DNA of 64,000 bases from a bacterium (GTDB taxonomy: Bacteria; Bacillota_I; Bacilli_A; RFN20; CAG-826). A program made the translations under genes and the position numbers. Of the stretch, positions 29,444-39,621 are shown in pieces (position 1 is the first letter of the stretch; every line of letters begins with the position of its first letter). The stretch lies in the NCBI GenBank assembly GCA_963593015.1, contig CAVAYV010000015.1, positions 5,976 through 69,975 on the forward strand, in the 5' to 3' direction. The notes beneath the pieces were generated by a model. The model was not told the origin of the DNA and did not search any database. It saw only the letters and a program-made list of their open reading frames with translations.

Positions 29444-30772
29444 ATGGGGAATACTATCGTTGCGCTTGCAACCGCTCCTCTTAAAGCCGCTCTCCACCTT
29501 ATTCGTATAAGCGGAGATGACGCCTTTAAGATTACCGACGAAATATTCACTCATGAGATTTCGGGCCTCCAAAAGAGGTCCGTTTTCCTTGGTAATATCG
29601 TCGATGGTGCCGAAATCATCGATAACGTTGTTTTAATTGCCTACCCAGGTCCAAAAACCATGACCGGAGAAGATGTCGTTGAAATTTCTTGCCATGGATC
29701 AATGATCATCGCAAATCAAATTATTTCCGCTTATTTGGCTAGAGGGGCGAGATATGCTACGCGCGGAGAATTTTCAATGCGCGCCTTTTATAACGGCAAG
29801 ATGGATTTGATTGAAGCGGAAGCTGTCAATGACATGATTAACGCCACAACAAAAGAAGCCAAAAATCTTTCTTTGATGAGTCTATTAGGGAAAACAAGCT
29901 CTCTTATTGCTCCTTTGAAAAAATCTCTGGCGGATCTATTGGCCTTAGTCGAAGTAAATATCGATTATCCTGAATACACGGATATCGAAGAGGCTAACGT
30001 TGAAACAATATCAAATGCCATAAAGCCAATCCGTGAGGAAGTCAAAAAACTTATCAAAGATGGGGAAGAAGGTATCATCATTCGCCAAGGAATTAAGGTT
30101 GCGATTGTCGGTGAGCCTAATGTTGGGAAATCATCATTGCTAAACGCTTTGTTGCATGAAGATAAAGCTATTGTAAGCGATATACCGGGGACTACAAGGG
30201 ATGTAGTCGAAGGGGATATCAATCTTAAAGGCATTACCTTGCATTTGCTTGATACCGCCGGAATTAGGAATGAAGGGGATTCGTTAGAGAATCTTGGCAT
30301 TAAGAAAAGCGAAAAGATGATTGAGGAAGCGGATTTGGTCATCATGGTTTTAGATTCTACAAAAGAAATGAGCGAAAATGATAAACGTATCCTTTCCTTA
30401 ACTGAAAATAAGAAAACCATCATTGTTTATAATAAAGCGGATTTATTGACTGAAAAAGATGATAAAAAGCTTTATATCTCCGCAAAAGACGAAGATATTG
30501 ACGGATTATTGAATAAAATCTTTGAAGTTTTAGGTGTTTCTAGCGATGCTTATTCAAACCCTTCTTTATCGAATGTCCGTGAACTTGGACTTTTAAGAAA
30601 AATCGATAACTACCTTGAAGAAGCTGAAAACGATTGCGCGAACAATTTGCCAATCGATTTGATTTCCGTCAATTTAAGTGCCTCATATAACGCCGCCAGA
30701 GAATTATTAGGAGAAGAAGCCACTACCGATTTAACCGATGAGATCTTTAGCCGCTTCTGCGTTGGAAAATAA
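29444..30772 (+). CDS. mnmE: tRNA modification GTPase MnmE (TrmE)
   Basis: 442 aa with an N-terminal THF-binding domain, G domain (GEPNVGKSSLLNAL, DTAGIR) and the C-terminal CxGK motif (…FCVGK). Confidence 0.9.
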   Translation: MGNTIVALATAPLKAALHLIRISGDDAFKITDEIFTHEISGLQKRSVFLGNIVDGAEIIDNVVLIAYPGPKTMTGEDVVEISCHGSMIIANQIISAYLARGARYATRGEFSMRAFYNGKMDLIEAEAVNDMINATTKEAKNLSLMSLLGKTSSLIAPLKKSLADLLALVEVNIDYPEYTDIEEANVETISNAIKPIREEVKKLIKDGEEGIIIRQGIKVAIVGEPNVGKSSLLNALLHEDKAIVSDIPGTTRDVVEGDINLKGITLHLLDTAGIRNEGDSLENLGIKKSEKMIEEADLVIMVLDSTKEMSENDKRILSLTENKKTIIVYNKADLLTEKDDKKLYISAKDEDIDGLLNKIFEVLGVSSDAYSNPSLSNVRELGLLRKIDNYLEEAENDCANNLPIDLISVNLSASYNAARELLGEEATTDLTDEIFSRFCVGK

Positions 30773-31555
30773 ATGATAATCGATTCCCATTGCCATCTGA
30801 ATGACGAGAGAATATACCCAAAAAGAGAAGAACTCGTCAAAGACGCTGTCTCGAAGGGCGTATCTTTTATTTTGGTTCCTGGGTGGGATTTGGAGAGTTC
30901 TCGTTTAGCGGTAAAAATCGCTCACGAATTTTCCGAATGCTTTGCTTTTGTCGGATTTCATCCAGAGAATCTTGATTTTATCAATGATGAAAAATTAAAA
31001 GAGATTGCAGATCTTGCCAAAGACAGCAAAGTCATCGGCATTGGTGAAATTGGCTTGGATTACCATTGGTTCAAAGATATAAAAGATCACGAAAAACAAA
31101 AAGAATGGTTTATCCGGCAAATTGATTTGGCGAATGAATTAAATTTGCCTATTTCCATTCACGCCAGAGATGCCTCAGAAGATACATTAAATCTTTTGAA
31201 AAATCACCCAATAAAAAGAGGCGCAGTGCTTCATTGCTACAGCGGTTCTTCTGAGCTGTTGAAAGAATTTTCTAAGTTAGGCTACTACTTCGGCTTTGAT
31301 GGCCCCGTCACCTATAAAAATTCGATTACCCCAAAAGAAAACGCCAAAATTTGCCCGATAGATCGAATACTGATTGAAACTGATTCGCCATATCTTTCCC
31401 CAATTCCTTATCGAGGCAAAGATAATTGCCCTGGCTATGTTGTAGAGATAGCAAAAGCAATCGCTGAATTAAGAGGGATGGAACTCAAAGATTTGCTTGA
31501 AATTACGAGCGAAAACACAAAGAGATTATTTCACGTGGAACAAAAATATGAATAA
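30773..31555 (+). CDS. tatD: TatD family metal-dependent DNase/hydrolase
   Basis: MIIDSHCHLND…, 260 aa. Confidence 0.8.
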   Translation: MIIDSHCHLNDERIYPKREELVKDAVSKGVSFILVPGWDLESSRLAVKIAHEFSECFAFVGFHPENLDFINDEKLKEIADLAKDSKVIGIGEIGLDYHWFKDIKDHEKQKEWFIRQIDLANELNLPISIHARDASEDTLNLLKNHPIKRGAVLHCYSGSSELLKEFSKLGYYFGFDGPVTYKNSITPKENAKICPIDRILIETDSPYLSPIPYRGKDNCPGYVVEIAKAIAELRGMELKDLLEITSENTKRLFHVEQKYE

Positions 31556-32087
31556 ATATCCAGCAGTCATTGTAGTAGAAGGTAAAAGCGATCGAGACTT
31601 AATCGAATCTTTTATGGATGCGGATATAGTAATGACCAATGGCTCTGCTGTTTCACGTGAAACAATAAACTACATAAAAGAGATTAAAAAAGTGCGTGAT
31701 GTCGTTGTTTTGACAGATCCTGATGCCCCTGGAAAAAGAATCAGAGATGTTTTAGATGCCAACATCAACGGACTGCTTCATGCCTATGTTCCTAAAGAAA
31801 AATGCATTAAACACCATAAAGTCGGCGTCGCGGAGTCAAACAAAGATGTAATTTTAGAAGCTTTGTCTCATTTAATACCTTCTAGCAATGTTAAAGAACC
31901 TCAAATAACCGTTTCCGATTTATATGATTTGGGTCTTATTTCTGGTGATGAAGCCAAAAAGAAACGCGAAATATTAAATAAAAAATTGCATCTAGGATAC
32001 ACAAACGGGAAATCGCTTCTAAAAAGAGCAAACGCCTTGGGATTAACGAGGAAAGATTTGGAGGGCGCTTTAAATGGAACAAAGTAA
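31548..32087 (+). CDS. rnmV: Ribonuclease M5 (Toprim domain)
   Basis: Start taken at MNKYPAVIVVEGKSDRDL…, which overlaps the tatD stop by 8 bp. It contains a Toprim motif. Confidence 0.75.
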   Translation: MNKYPAVIVVEGKSDRDLIESFMDADIVMTNGSAVSRETINYIKEIKKVRDVVVLTDPDAPGKRIRDVLDANINGLLHAYVPKEKCIKHHKVGVAESNKDVILEALSHLIPSSNVKEPQITVSDLYDLGLISGDEAKKKREILNKKLHLGYTNGKSLLKRANALGLTRKDLEGALNGTK

Positions 32088-32889
32088 ATATTTTGAAAAA
32101 ATCGCTGAATATAAGCTTTTAGCCAAGCATGAAGTCGGACAAAATTTTTTGATCGACCCTTCTAGCTGCAGCAAAATCGTTGATGCCTTAGATCTTTCAG
32201 AAAACGATAAGGTTTTGGAAATCGGTTCTGGGGCAGGGTCTCTTTCCTATTTTTTGATGAAAAAGGAAGCTGATGCCACCCTGCTTGATATTGACGAAGG
32301 GCTAGTCACCAAACTGAAGGAGGATTTTGCCTCTTGCCCAAATATGAAACCTATCCAAGCCAATGCTTTAAAATACGATATGAAAGGATTTACCAAAATC
32401 CTTGGTAATTTGCCTTACTATATAACTTCTTCTCTGATAGAGGTTATTTTACTAAAAGGATGCGATGCTTCTAAAGCTGTTCTTATGGTTCAAAAAGAGG
32501 TTTATCCTCGTTTGGCGGCCTCCCCCAAAAGCGAAGGATATGGGCCTTTATCAATCTTGATTAGCTACCGCGCTTCAATCAAACGTGAATTCAATGTTCC
32601 AAGAACCTCTTTTGCTCCAATGCCCCATGTTGATTCTTTGGTTTTTTCATTGACGTTTAAAGACGAGGCCGATATTGAAAAGGCCTCAAAACTTTATTCT
32701 TTGTTGAACGCTTTGTTCTTACATCGAAGAAAAACAATCTACAACAATCTTTCTTTGTATTTAAAAGACGATGAAAAAGCTTCGCAGGTTTTAGAAAAAA
32801 CTCATATCTTAAAAAACAAAAGGCCAGAGGAATTAACATTAAATGACTATTTGGCATTGCTAGATTGTTGCGAAGAAATCAGAAACTAG
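32074..32889 (+). CDS. rsmA: 16S rRNA (adenine1518/1519-N6)-dimethyltransferase
   Basis: Contains QNFLIDP, GSGAGSLS and NLPYYIT motifs. Confidence 0.9.
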   Translation: MEQSKYFEKIAEYKLLAKHEVGQNFLIDPSSCSKIVDALDLSENDKVLEIGSGAGSLSYFLMKKEADATLLDIDEGLVTKLKEDFASCPNMKPIQANALKYDMKGFTKILGNLPYYITSSLIEVILLKGCDASKAVLMVQKEVYPRLAASPKSEGYGPLSILISYRASIKREFNVPRTSFAPMPHVDSLVFSLTFKDEADIEKASKLYSLLNALFLHRRKTIYNNLSLYLKDDEKASQVLEKTHILKNKRPEELTLNDYLALLDCCEEIRN

Positions 32890-32910
32890 TAGAATTGTTT
32901 CGTATAAAGT

Positions 32911-33798
32911 ATGTTTTTCTTTCATCGTTCCACCGAAATTCTTAAATCGTATGCAAAAATCAATGTGTCTTTGCATCTATTAGGAAAATTAGACAATGGC
33001 TACCACGAACTTGATATGGTCTTTTTACCGATTGACCTCCATGATTCCATTGAATTGTCTTTTTTGCCCAACAGTTATGATTCTTTCATTACTTGTGATG
33101 ATATAGGTTTGGCCAATAACCGCCACAACCTTTGCATGAAAGCCTTGAATGCGATGCGCGAGGAGTTTCATTTCAAAGAACAATTTAACATAGTCATTCA
33201 CAAAAACATCCCTTATGCTGCCGGGCTTGGTGGTGGCAGTTCGAATGCGGCTGCAATAATCCTTGCCCTCAATCGCGTTTTGCATTTAAATGCCTCAAAA
33301 GAACAACTTGAAAAGATTGCTTTATCGATCGGCGCCGATGTTCCATTTTTCTTTTATAACAAGCCTGCTAACGTCAAAGGCGTTGGTGAAATCATCGAAC
33401 CATTTCCTCTTGAACAAAGTTATCATGTTCTCATAGTTAAACCAAGCAAAGGCTTAAGCACTAAAGCGATTTATGAAGCTTCGGATGATTTTGTGTTCGC
33501 TCATGATAACAATCAAAGCACCGAGAAAGTCATAAAAGCCTTGCAAGAAGGAAATTTAGACGAACTTTCTAAGACCATGTCCAATGATTTGTATGAGCCG
33601 GCCAAAAAGATTCTCCCAGACGTTGAATTTGTTGTTAACGAAATGAAAAAAATGGGTTTGCCTGCTTCAATGATGACAGGATCAGGCAGCGCCTGCTTCG
33701 CCTTGAATCAGAACTTAAAAGCCATAAAAGAAGCCGCAAAATTCTTTGAGGGGAAAGGATACGCCACTTTTGTTACGCATACTCTTTCCTCAAAATAG
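32911..33798 (+). CDS. ispE: 4-diphosphocytidyl-2-C-methyl-D-erythritol kinase
   Basis: KINVSLHLLGK..DGYHELD plus the GHMP kinase motif PYAAGLGGGSSNAAA. Confidence 0.85.
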   Translation: MFFFHRSTEILKSYAKINVSLHLLGKLDNGYHELDMVFLPIDLHDSIELSFLPNSYDSFITCDDIGLANNRHNLCMKALNAMREEFHFKEQFNIVIHKNIPYAAGLGGGSSNAAAIILALNRVLHLNASKEQLEKIALSIGADVPFFFYNKPANVKGVGEIIEPFPLEQSYHVLIVKPSKGLSTKAIYEASDDFVFAHDNNQSTEKVIKALQEGNLDELSKTMSNDLYEPAKKILPDVEFVVNEMKKMGLPASMMTGSGSACFALNQNLKAIKEAAKFFEGKGYATFVTHTLSSK

Positions 33799-33843
33799 GC
33801 TTAATATTTGCTAAAGTCATCCAAACTTAGGATAATTATTTTT

Positions 33844-34122
33844 ATGGATGCCTCCTTTTTGTTCGGTCAAGATGTATTTATCGATAATAGCCGTGTTGGC
33901 TATGTTGGCAAAAATCACGCAGATAATGCGCCTATTTATTTTGGTGGATCAAAATTAGGGTCTTTGTCTAAAGATGGATCGATTGAAATCAAAGGGACAA
34001 TCATCGGATTTATTGACGATAATCTCTCTATTTTTATAAAAGGTAGAAAGGTTGGCGAGGTAAAAAACAAAGACATTCATTTTGATATGAAATCTTTAAC
34101 TAGATCTTTGTCGGAGGATTAA
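33844..34122 (+). CDS. Hypothetical small protein
   Basis: ORF with an ATG at 33844 preceded by AGGATAA. The ORF-track start at 33808 is a TTG. No recognisable motifs. Confidence 0.3.
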   Translation: MDASFLFGQDVFIDNSRVGYVGKNHADNAPIYFGGSKLGSLSKDGSIEIKGTIIGFIDDNLSIFIKGRKVGEVKNKDIHFDMKSLTRSLSED

Positions 34123-34126
34123 TAGC

Positions 34127-34459
34127 ATGGAAGACTCAATAAAAACTTTGGAAAAAGAAATCTCTGAATTTAGCCAAGAGAGAGATTGGGACAAATTTCA
34201 CACTCCAGCGAATTTAGCCAAAAGCATATCGATTGAAGCGGGTGAACTTTTGGAGTGCTTCCAATGGAATGATGATGATTTTAATATCGACAATGTCAAA
34301 GAAGAGCTTGCCGATGTGCTCAATTATTCGATTCAATTGGCTATTTCTCTTAACTTGGACATAAAGACGATAATTGAAGAGAAAATGAAAAAGAACGCAG
34401 CTAAATACCCTATTGAAAAATGCAAAGGAAAAGCTGATAAATATACATCTTACAAATAA
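34127..34459 (+). CDS. MazG-like nucleotide pyrophosphohydrolase
   Basis: 110 aa with the EAGEL…ELADVL all-alpha NTP-PPase signature (…IEAGELLECFQW…EELADVLNYSIQLA…). Confidence 0.7.
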   Translation: MEDSIKTLEKEISEFSQERDWDKFHTPANLAKSISIEAGELLECFQWNDDDFNIDNVKEELADVLNYSIQLAISLNLDIKTIIEEKMKKNAAKYPIEKCKGKADKYTSYK

Positions 34460-34473
34460 AATCTCCGCAAAAA

Positions 34474-34537
34474 AAGCTCTATCGCACCGATAAAGCTTTT
34501 TATTTATAAAAAAAGAGACATCCCGAAGAATGTCTCT
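34474..34537. terminator. Pair of bidirectional terminator hairpins between the MazG-like gene (+) and ppdK (-)
   Basis: GCTCTATCG-cac-CGATAAAGC followed by TTTTATTT, and a perfect AGAGACAT-cccgaaga-ATGTCTCT hairpin at 34514-34537 flanked by A- and T-runs. Confidence 0.6.
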
Positions 34538-34551
34538 AATTTTTAAGGAAT

Positions 34552-37212
34552 TTACTTGTTTCCTTTGGCTCTTTCGTGAAGGATGTTCGCTTGGGCAGCG
34601 GCAAGTCTTGCGAGAGGGACACGGAATGGTGAGCAGGAAACGTAGTCGAGACCGACTTCATCATAGAAGATGATGGAAGCTGGATCGCCACCGGTTTCAC
34701 CGCAGACACCAACAAGAAGATCTGGGCGGGTTGCACGTCCACGTTGGAAGGCAATCTTAACGAGTTCGCCAACACCTTCGACATCGATGGTTTGGAATGG
34801 ATCGAATTCGTAGATCTTTCTATCGTAATAATATGGGAGGAATTGCCCGCTATCATCACGGCTGAAGCCCATGGTTAATTGGGTTAAGTCGTTGGTGCCA
34901 AAGCTGAAGAATTCGGCTTCTTTGGCAAGATCCCCAGCACGTAAGGCGCCTCTTGGGATTTCGATCATCGTACCGACATGGTAGACGAGTTTTTTGCCTT
35001 CTTTGGCCATTTCATCTTCGACAGCCTTGACGACGACGTCTTTAGCAAACTTGTATTCTTTGAGTTCGCCAGCGAGAGGAATCATGATTTCTGGCTCAAC
35101 GTCTTTGCCTAAGTCTTTGCTGGCTTTGATCGCGGCTTGCGCAATAGCGCGGGCGAGCATCGCATAGATTTCTGGATAGGCAACGCAAAGTCTGACGCCA
35201 CGGAAGCCCATCATTGGGTTGGCTTGGTGCAATTGGTTGATACGCTCTTTGACTTTGGTCTCAGTGACACCGAGTTTAGCGGCGATATCTTTGATATTGG
35301 CTTCATCGGTGATTTCTGGTAAGAATTCGTGGAGAGGCGGATCTAATAAACGAATGTTGACTAAGCTGTCTGGGTTAGCCATATACATATCGTAGAAGTC
35401 ACCCATTAAGAATGGACGGATTCTCTCTAATGCAGCTTCTCTTTGTTCGGTGGTATCGGAAAGAATCATCGAACGCATATTAAGAATTCTTTCTGGGGCA
35501 AAGAACATACGCTCAGTGCGGCAGAGGCCGATGCCTTCAGCGCCAAATTTTTGGGCGTTATGAGCATCTTCTGGAGTGTTGCAGTTCGCACGGACTTTGA
35601 GACGACGATATTTGTCGGCCCAGCCCATCAAGCGACCGAAGTCACCACCTAAGTCTGCTGGAACCATCTTGATGGCGCCTTCATAGACTAAACCAGTGGT
35701 GCCGTTAACGGAGAGAACATCACCTTCGTGATAGACCTTATCGCCAACTTTAACGGTTTTCGCTTCCTCGTTGACAATGATATCGGTGGCGCCGGCAACG
35801 CAGCATTTACCCATAGAACGGGCAACGACAGCGGCGTGGCTGGTCATACCTCCGCGAGCGGTTAAGATAGCTTCGGAGTTGACCATACCGATGATATCTT
35901 CTGGAGAGGTTTCGGCACGGACAAGGACGACTTTCTTGCCATCATCATGCCATTTTTTGCAAGTATCAGCGTCAAAGACGATGGCACCAGTGCCAGCGCC
36001 TGGAGAGGCTGGAAGTCCTTTGATGACAGCGTCATGAGCTTTCAAATCAGCTGGATCGAAGGTTGGGTGGAGAAGATCATTTAATTGCTTTGGTTCAACA
36101 CGCAAGCAAGCTTCTCTTTCGTCGATTAAACCTTCGTCAACGAGGTCAACGGCGATCTTAAGAGCAGCACGAGCGGTTCTCTTGCCATTACGGGTTTGTA
36201 AGAAATAGAGTTTGCCTTTTTCGATGGTGTACTCCATGTCTTGCATGTCTTTGAAGTAGTGTTCCATGTTTTTGATGGTTTTCATGAACTCTTCATAGAC
36301 TTCTGGCATTCTCTTTTGCAATTCGTCGATGTGCAATGGGGTTCTAACGCCAGCAACGACGTCTTCGCCTTGGGCGTTTGGTAAGAATTCAGCGTAGATT
36401 TCTTTGGTTCCATCGCTTGGAGAGCGGGAGAAGGCAACGCCAGTGCCGGAGTCTTCACCCATGTTACCGAAGACCATGGTTTGAACGTTAACGGCGGTTC
36501 CCCATTCATATGGGATGCCGTTCATTTGACGATAAACGTTGGCGCGTGGGTTATCCCAGCTACGGAAGACTGCGGAAACAGCTTCTCTTAATTGCTCGTA
36601 TGGATCGGTTGGGAAGTCTTCGTGGAAGACATTCTTGTAATAAGCTTTGTAAGCTTTGACGAGTTCCTTTAATTGCGGAACGGTGACTTCGGTGTCAAGT
36701 TTGTAGCCGTTGTCTTCTTTAATCTTATCAAGCATGGCATCCATCTCAGTTCTTGGATGTCCTTTGGCGATGTTGGTGAACATCAACATGAAACGGCGAT
36801 AGCTGTCCCAAGCAAAACGTTCATTTCCAGTCGCATCGATAAGTTCTTGAACGGTGGTATCATTCAAACCAAGGTTTAAGATGGTATCCATCATGCCTGG
36901 CATTGATTGACGAGCGCCAGAACGAACGGAAACGAGTAACGGCATTCCTTTGCCGCCACCGAAGGATTTACCAACGGTTTTTTCAACATCGTGAACATGA
37001 GCAACGATGTCATCCCAAACATACGCTGGAATAGTTTTTCCAGAATCGTAGTAGAGATTGCAAGCTTCAGTGGAGATGGTAAAACCAGCTGGGATATTGA
37101 TGCCAGCAGCAGTCATCTCGGCTAAACCAAAGCCTTTTCCACCAAGGATGTCCTTGCCTAAATGGCCTTTGTGGGCTTCCTTGAAGGAGTAAACGTACTT
37201 CTTTTCTGCCAT
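34552..37212 (-). CDS. ppdK: Pyruvate, phosphate dikinase
   Basis: 886 aa with an N-terminal ATP-grasp domain, the central phospho-histidine region (…GGMTSHAAVVARSMGKCCVAG…) and a C-terminal PEP-utilizing TIM-barrel domain (…NDLTQLTMGFSRDD…). Confidence 0.9.
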   Translation of the reverse strand: MAEKKYVYSFKEAHKGHLGKDILGGKGFGLAEMTAAGINIPAGFTISTEACNLYYDSGKTIPAYVWDDIVAHVHDVEKTVGKSFGGGKGMPLLVSVRSGARQSMPGMMDTILNLGLNDTTVQELIDATGNERFAWDSYRRFMLMFTNIAKGHPRTEMDAMLDKIKEDNGYKLDTEVTVPQLKELVKAYKAYYKNVFHEDFPTDPYEQLREAVSAVFRSWDNPRANVYRQMNGIPYEWGTAVNVQTMVFGNMGEDSGTGVAFSRSPSDGTKEIYAEFLPNAQGEDVVAGVRTPLHIDELQKRMPEVYEEFMKTIKNMEHYFKDMQDMEYTIEKGKLYFLQTRNGKRTARAALKIAVDLVDEGLIDEREACLRVEPKQLNDLLHPTFDPADLKAHDAVIKGLPASPGAGTGAIVFDADTCKKWHDDGKKVVLVRAETSPEDIIGMVNSEAILTARGGMTSHAAVVARSMGKCCVAGATDIIVNEEAKTVKVGDKVYHEGDVLSVNGTTGLVYEGAIKMVPADLGGDFGRLMGWADKYRRLKVRANCNTPEDAHNAQKFGAEGIGLCRTERMFFAPERILNMRSMILSDTTEQREAALERIRPFLMGDFYDMYMANPDSLVNIRLLDPPLHEFLPEITDEANIKDIAAKLGVTETKVKERINQLHQANPMMGFRGVRLCVAYPEIYAMLARAIAQAAIKASKDLGKDVEPEIMIPLAGELKEYKFAKDVVVKAVEDEMAKEGKKLVYHVGTMIEIPRGALRAGDLAKEAEFFSFGTNDLTQLTMGFSRDDSGQFLPYYYDRKIYEFDPFQTIDVEGVGELVKIAFQRGRATRPDLLVGVCGETGGDPASIIFYDEVGLDYVSCSPFRVPLARLAAAQANILHERAKGNK

Positions 37213-37557
37213 ATTGTCCTCCTAATGACAATGTAATAGACGCCTAAGCGTCATGACTTCTAAATATTAACACGCATGATTTCTTCTTAAAAGAAGAAAC
37301 CAAAATAGTATCTAAGAAACATTGTAATCTTTAAATGATGCAACTTTGGATAATTAATATTTACTCGATTTTAATAGCGGAATCTCTCTGCAAGTTAATG
37401 TTTACGTCGTGAGCGTAAGTATATTTTGATATAACTGTCTGAGCATATTCGTTGCCGTCTTTCTCGTTTTTGGTATTCTTAGATTAACGATATCATTTAA
37501 TGATTACGATGAATCTATGGCCATAATCCTTTATCGAAAGATATGCCGGAGAAAAAC

Positions 37558-37782
37558 ATGAAACTGCAGGAAGAAATTTGGGACAATGAGAAACATTGGT
37601 TTAAATGGAAGGTAAGATTCGCTTTTCTTTTTCTTGGTTTGGCCTTACATGCGTCTTGCCTCTTAGCCGCTTATTTCACGAATGGAGAAAATATTGTTAT
37701 CCCATTGGTTCTAGGGTCTTTTGGATTCACTTTTTATTTATTGTTTTTGGGGCCGGTAATCATTGAAGCTTTATATATGTGA
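37558..37782 (+). CDS. Hypothetical small two-helix membrane peptide
   Basis: 74 aa from the ATG at 37558, preceded by GGAGAAAAAC. It has two hydrophobic helices and no recognisable family. Confidence 0.25.
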   Translation: MKLQEEIWDNEKHWFKWKVRFAFLFLGLALHASCLLAAYFTNGENIVIPLVLGSFGFTFYLLFLGPVIIEALYM

Positions 37783-37994
37783 TTATTTATAGCGAAAAAT
37801 AAAGCGTCTTAATGCTGTTAGCTCAACTTTTGTAATTATCGCATCTCTTGGATCAAGCTATCAATTCAACAAAGATCTATAATGAAAATGAGTTTATATC
37901 ATTGCTGTGATTTTATTTGGGCAATTAATATAGGGTTAAATCGACAAGTTTTTTAATTGGAAAGAGTGGTAGAATATTCTCACGGAAGAATTAT

Positions 37995-39575
37995 ATGAAT
38001 AATAACGATAACTATATATTAACCATGGACTTCGGAACCCAAAGTGTTCGTGTTGCGATCTTTGACAAAAAAGGGAATACATTGGCTTTGGAAAAAGAAA
38101 AATATACGCCAGCTTATTTTTCCAGTTTGCCAACCTATGCTGAGCAAGATCCTAATTACTATTATGAGTGTTTGTGCGCTTGCACGAAAAGGCTTGCAAA
38201 ATCATATCCGGCGCTTATAAAAAAAGTTAAAGGCATCACGCTTACTTGTTTCCGTGATAGCGCTGTTTTGCTTGATAAGGATAAAAGGATAATCAGGCCG
38301 ATGATCCTTTGGCTAGATCAAAGAAACGCGGAATGCAAAGATCCGCTTCCTTGGACTTCGAGATTTATTTTTAGACTCGTTGGCAAAAGCGACACGATTG
38401 TTTATAACCGCAAAAGATCTGTTTTGAATTGGATTAAAGAAAACGAACCGGAAAATTATGCCAAAATCGATATGGTTTTGCCTCTTGCTACGTATTTTAT
38501 CTATCGTTTGTCTGGCGAAACCAAAGATAGTGCCTCCAATATGGCAGGACATTACCCAATAAATTTTAAAAAGAAATGCTGGTATAGGAATCCAGAACGC
38601 CATTTCCAAGCCCAAATCTTTGGGATTAAAGGAGTTTGGCTTCCCACTATCGTTGAAGAAGGAAGCAAAATTGGGTCGATTAATAAAACCGCAAGCGAAG
38701 AGACAGAGTTGCCAGAAGGGCTTGCTATTTATGCTGCCGGGAGCGACAAATCTTGTGAGACTTTGGGATTAGGGGTAATAGACGATAAGATTGCCGCTAT
38801 TTCTTATGGGACTGCTTCGACAGTAGAGACGACAAGAAAACATTACACTGAGTCAGAGCCGTTTTTGCCAGGCTATGCTTCTGTTTTGCCAGGCTATTAC
38901 AACATGGATATCCAAATATATCGTGGATATTGGATGATTAATTGGTTCTTGAAAGAATTTGGTGGGCAACAAATCGCAGATATGACCGATGTCGGTTCTT
39001 TGCTAAATAAATTTAATGAAGATTTAGATTTAGTGGAACCAGGATGCGAAGGTTTGATTTTGCAACCTTATTGGGGCCCAGGTTTAGCTAGGCCATTGGC
39101 AAAAGGGGCGATCGTTGGCTTTAGCGATGCTATAACAAACGAGCATGTTTATCGTGCAATTATTGAAGGAATAGCCTACGCCTTAAGAGAAGGGTTAGAG
39201 CATTTCGAACGCAAGATTCACCACAAAATCCCCGCAATCCGTATCGCTGGAGGCGGTTCTCAAAGTGATAAAATCTGTCAAATTACCGCGGATATACTTG
39301 GAAAACCGGTTACTAGGGTTCAAACATTCGAAACTTCTTCTTTAGGAGCCGCTATTGCAGGATTTATTGCAATCAACGAATACAAAAAGCCCGATGAGGC
39401 GATTGATAACATGGTGAGGGCGAAAGACACTTTTTACCCAAAGAAAGACAATCAAGAAAAATACGATTACCTTTTCCGGTATTGCTACAAAAAGATGTAT
39501 CCTCGCTTAAAAGGCATTTATTCTTCAATAAAAAGGTATAATCATTATTTAGAAAAAGCAAAAAGAAGGTTTTAA
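37995..39575 (+). CDS. FGGY-family carbohydrate kinase
   Basis: 526 aa with the N-terminal FGGY signature (…LTMDFGTQSVRVAIFD…) and a C-terminal domain (…AGGGSQSD…). Confidence 0.7.
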   Translation: MNNNDNYILTMDFGTQSVRVAIFDKKGNTLALEKEKYTPAYFSSLPTYAEQDPNYYYECLCACTKRLAKSYPALIKKVKGITLTCFRDSAVLLDKDKRIIRPMILWLDQRNAECKDPLPWTSRFIFRLVGKSDTIVYNRKRSVLNWIKENEPENYAKIDMVLPLATYFIYRLSGETKDSASNMAGHYPINFKKKCWYRNPERHFQAQIFGIKGVWLPTIVEEGSKIGSINKTASEETELPEGLAIYAAGSDKSCETLGLGVIDDKIAAISYGTASTVETTRKHYTESEPFLPGYASVLPGYYNMDIQIYRGYWMINWFLKEFGGQQIADMTDVGSLLNKFNEDLDLVEPGCEGLILQPYWGPGLARPLAKGAIVGFSDAITNEHVYRAIIEGIAYALREGLEHFERKIHHKIPAIRIAGGGSQSDKICQITADILGKPVTRVQTFETSSLGAAIAGFIAINEYKKPDEAIDNMVRAKDTFYPKKDNQEKYDYLFRYCYKKMYPRLKGIYSSIKRYNHYLEKAKRRF

Positions 39576-39591
39576 TTTCTTTAAGAAAAAA

Positions 39592-39621
39592 ACGGTCCTC
39601 CGAGGATCGTTTTTGTTTTTG
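39592..39621. terminator. Bidirectional terminator (ACGGTCCTC-cga-GGATCGT plus TTTTTGTTTTTG)
   Basis: Hairpin flanked by A-rich and T-rich runs between convergent genes. Confidence 0.55.

Noticed and set aside
33808-34122. The small protein before the mazG-like gene could be Veg, the B. subtilis neighbour of ispE
   Set aside because: The sequence shows no similarity to Veg, so it is left as hypothetical.
35137-36879. Several 60-90-aa plus-strand ORFs inside ppdK, and similar antisense ORFs inside gyrA, gyrB, dnaN, ftsH, the MacB-like gene and the ABC genes
   Set aside because: They lie entirely within strongly supported long genes on the opposite strand. They have no RBS and low-complexity translations, so they are chance open frames.
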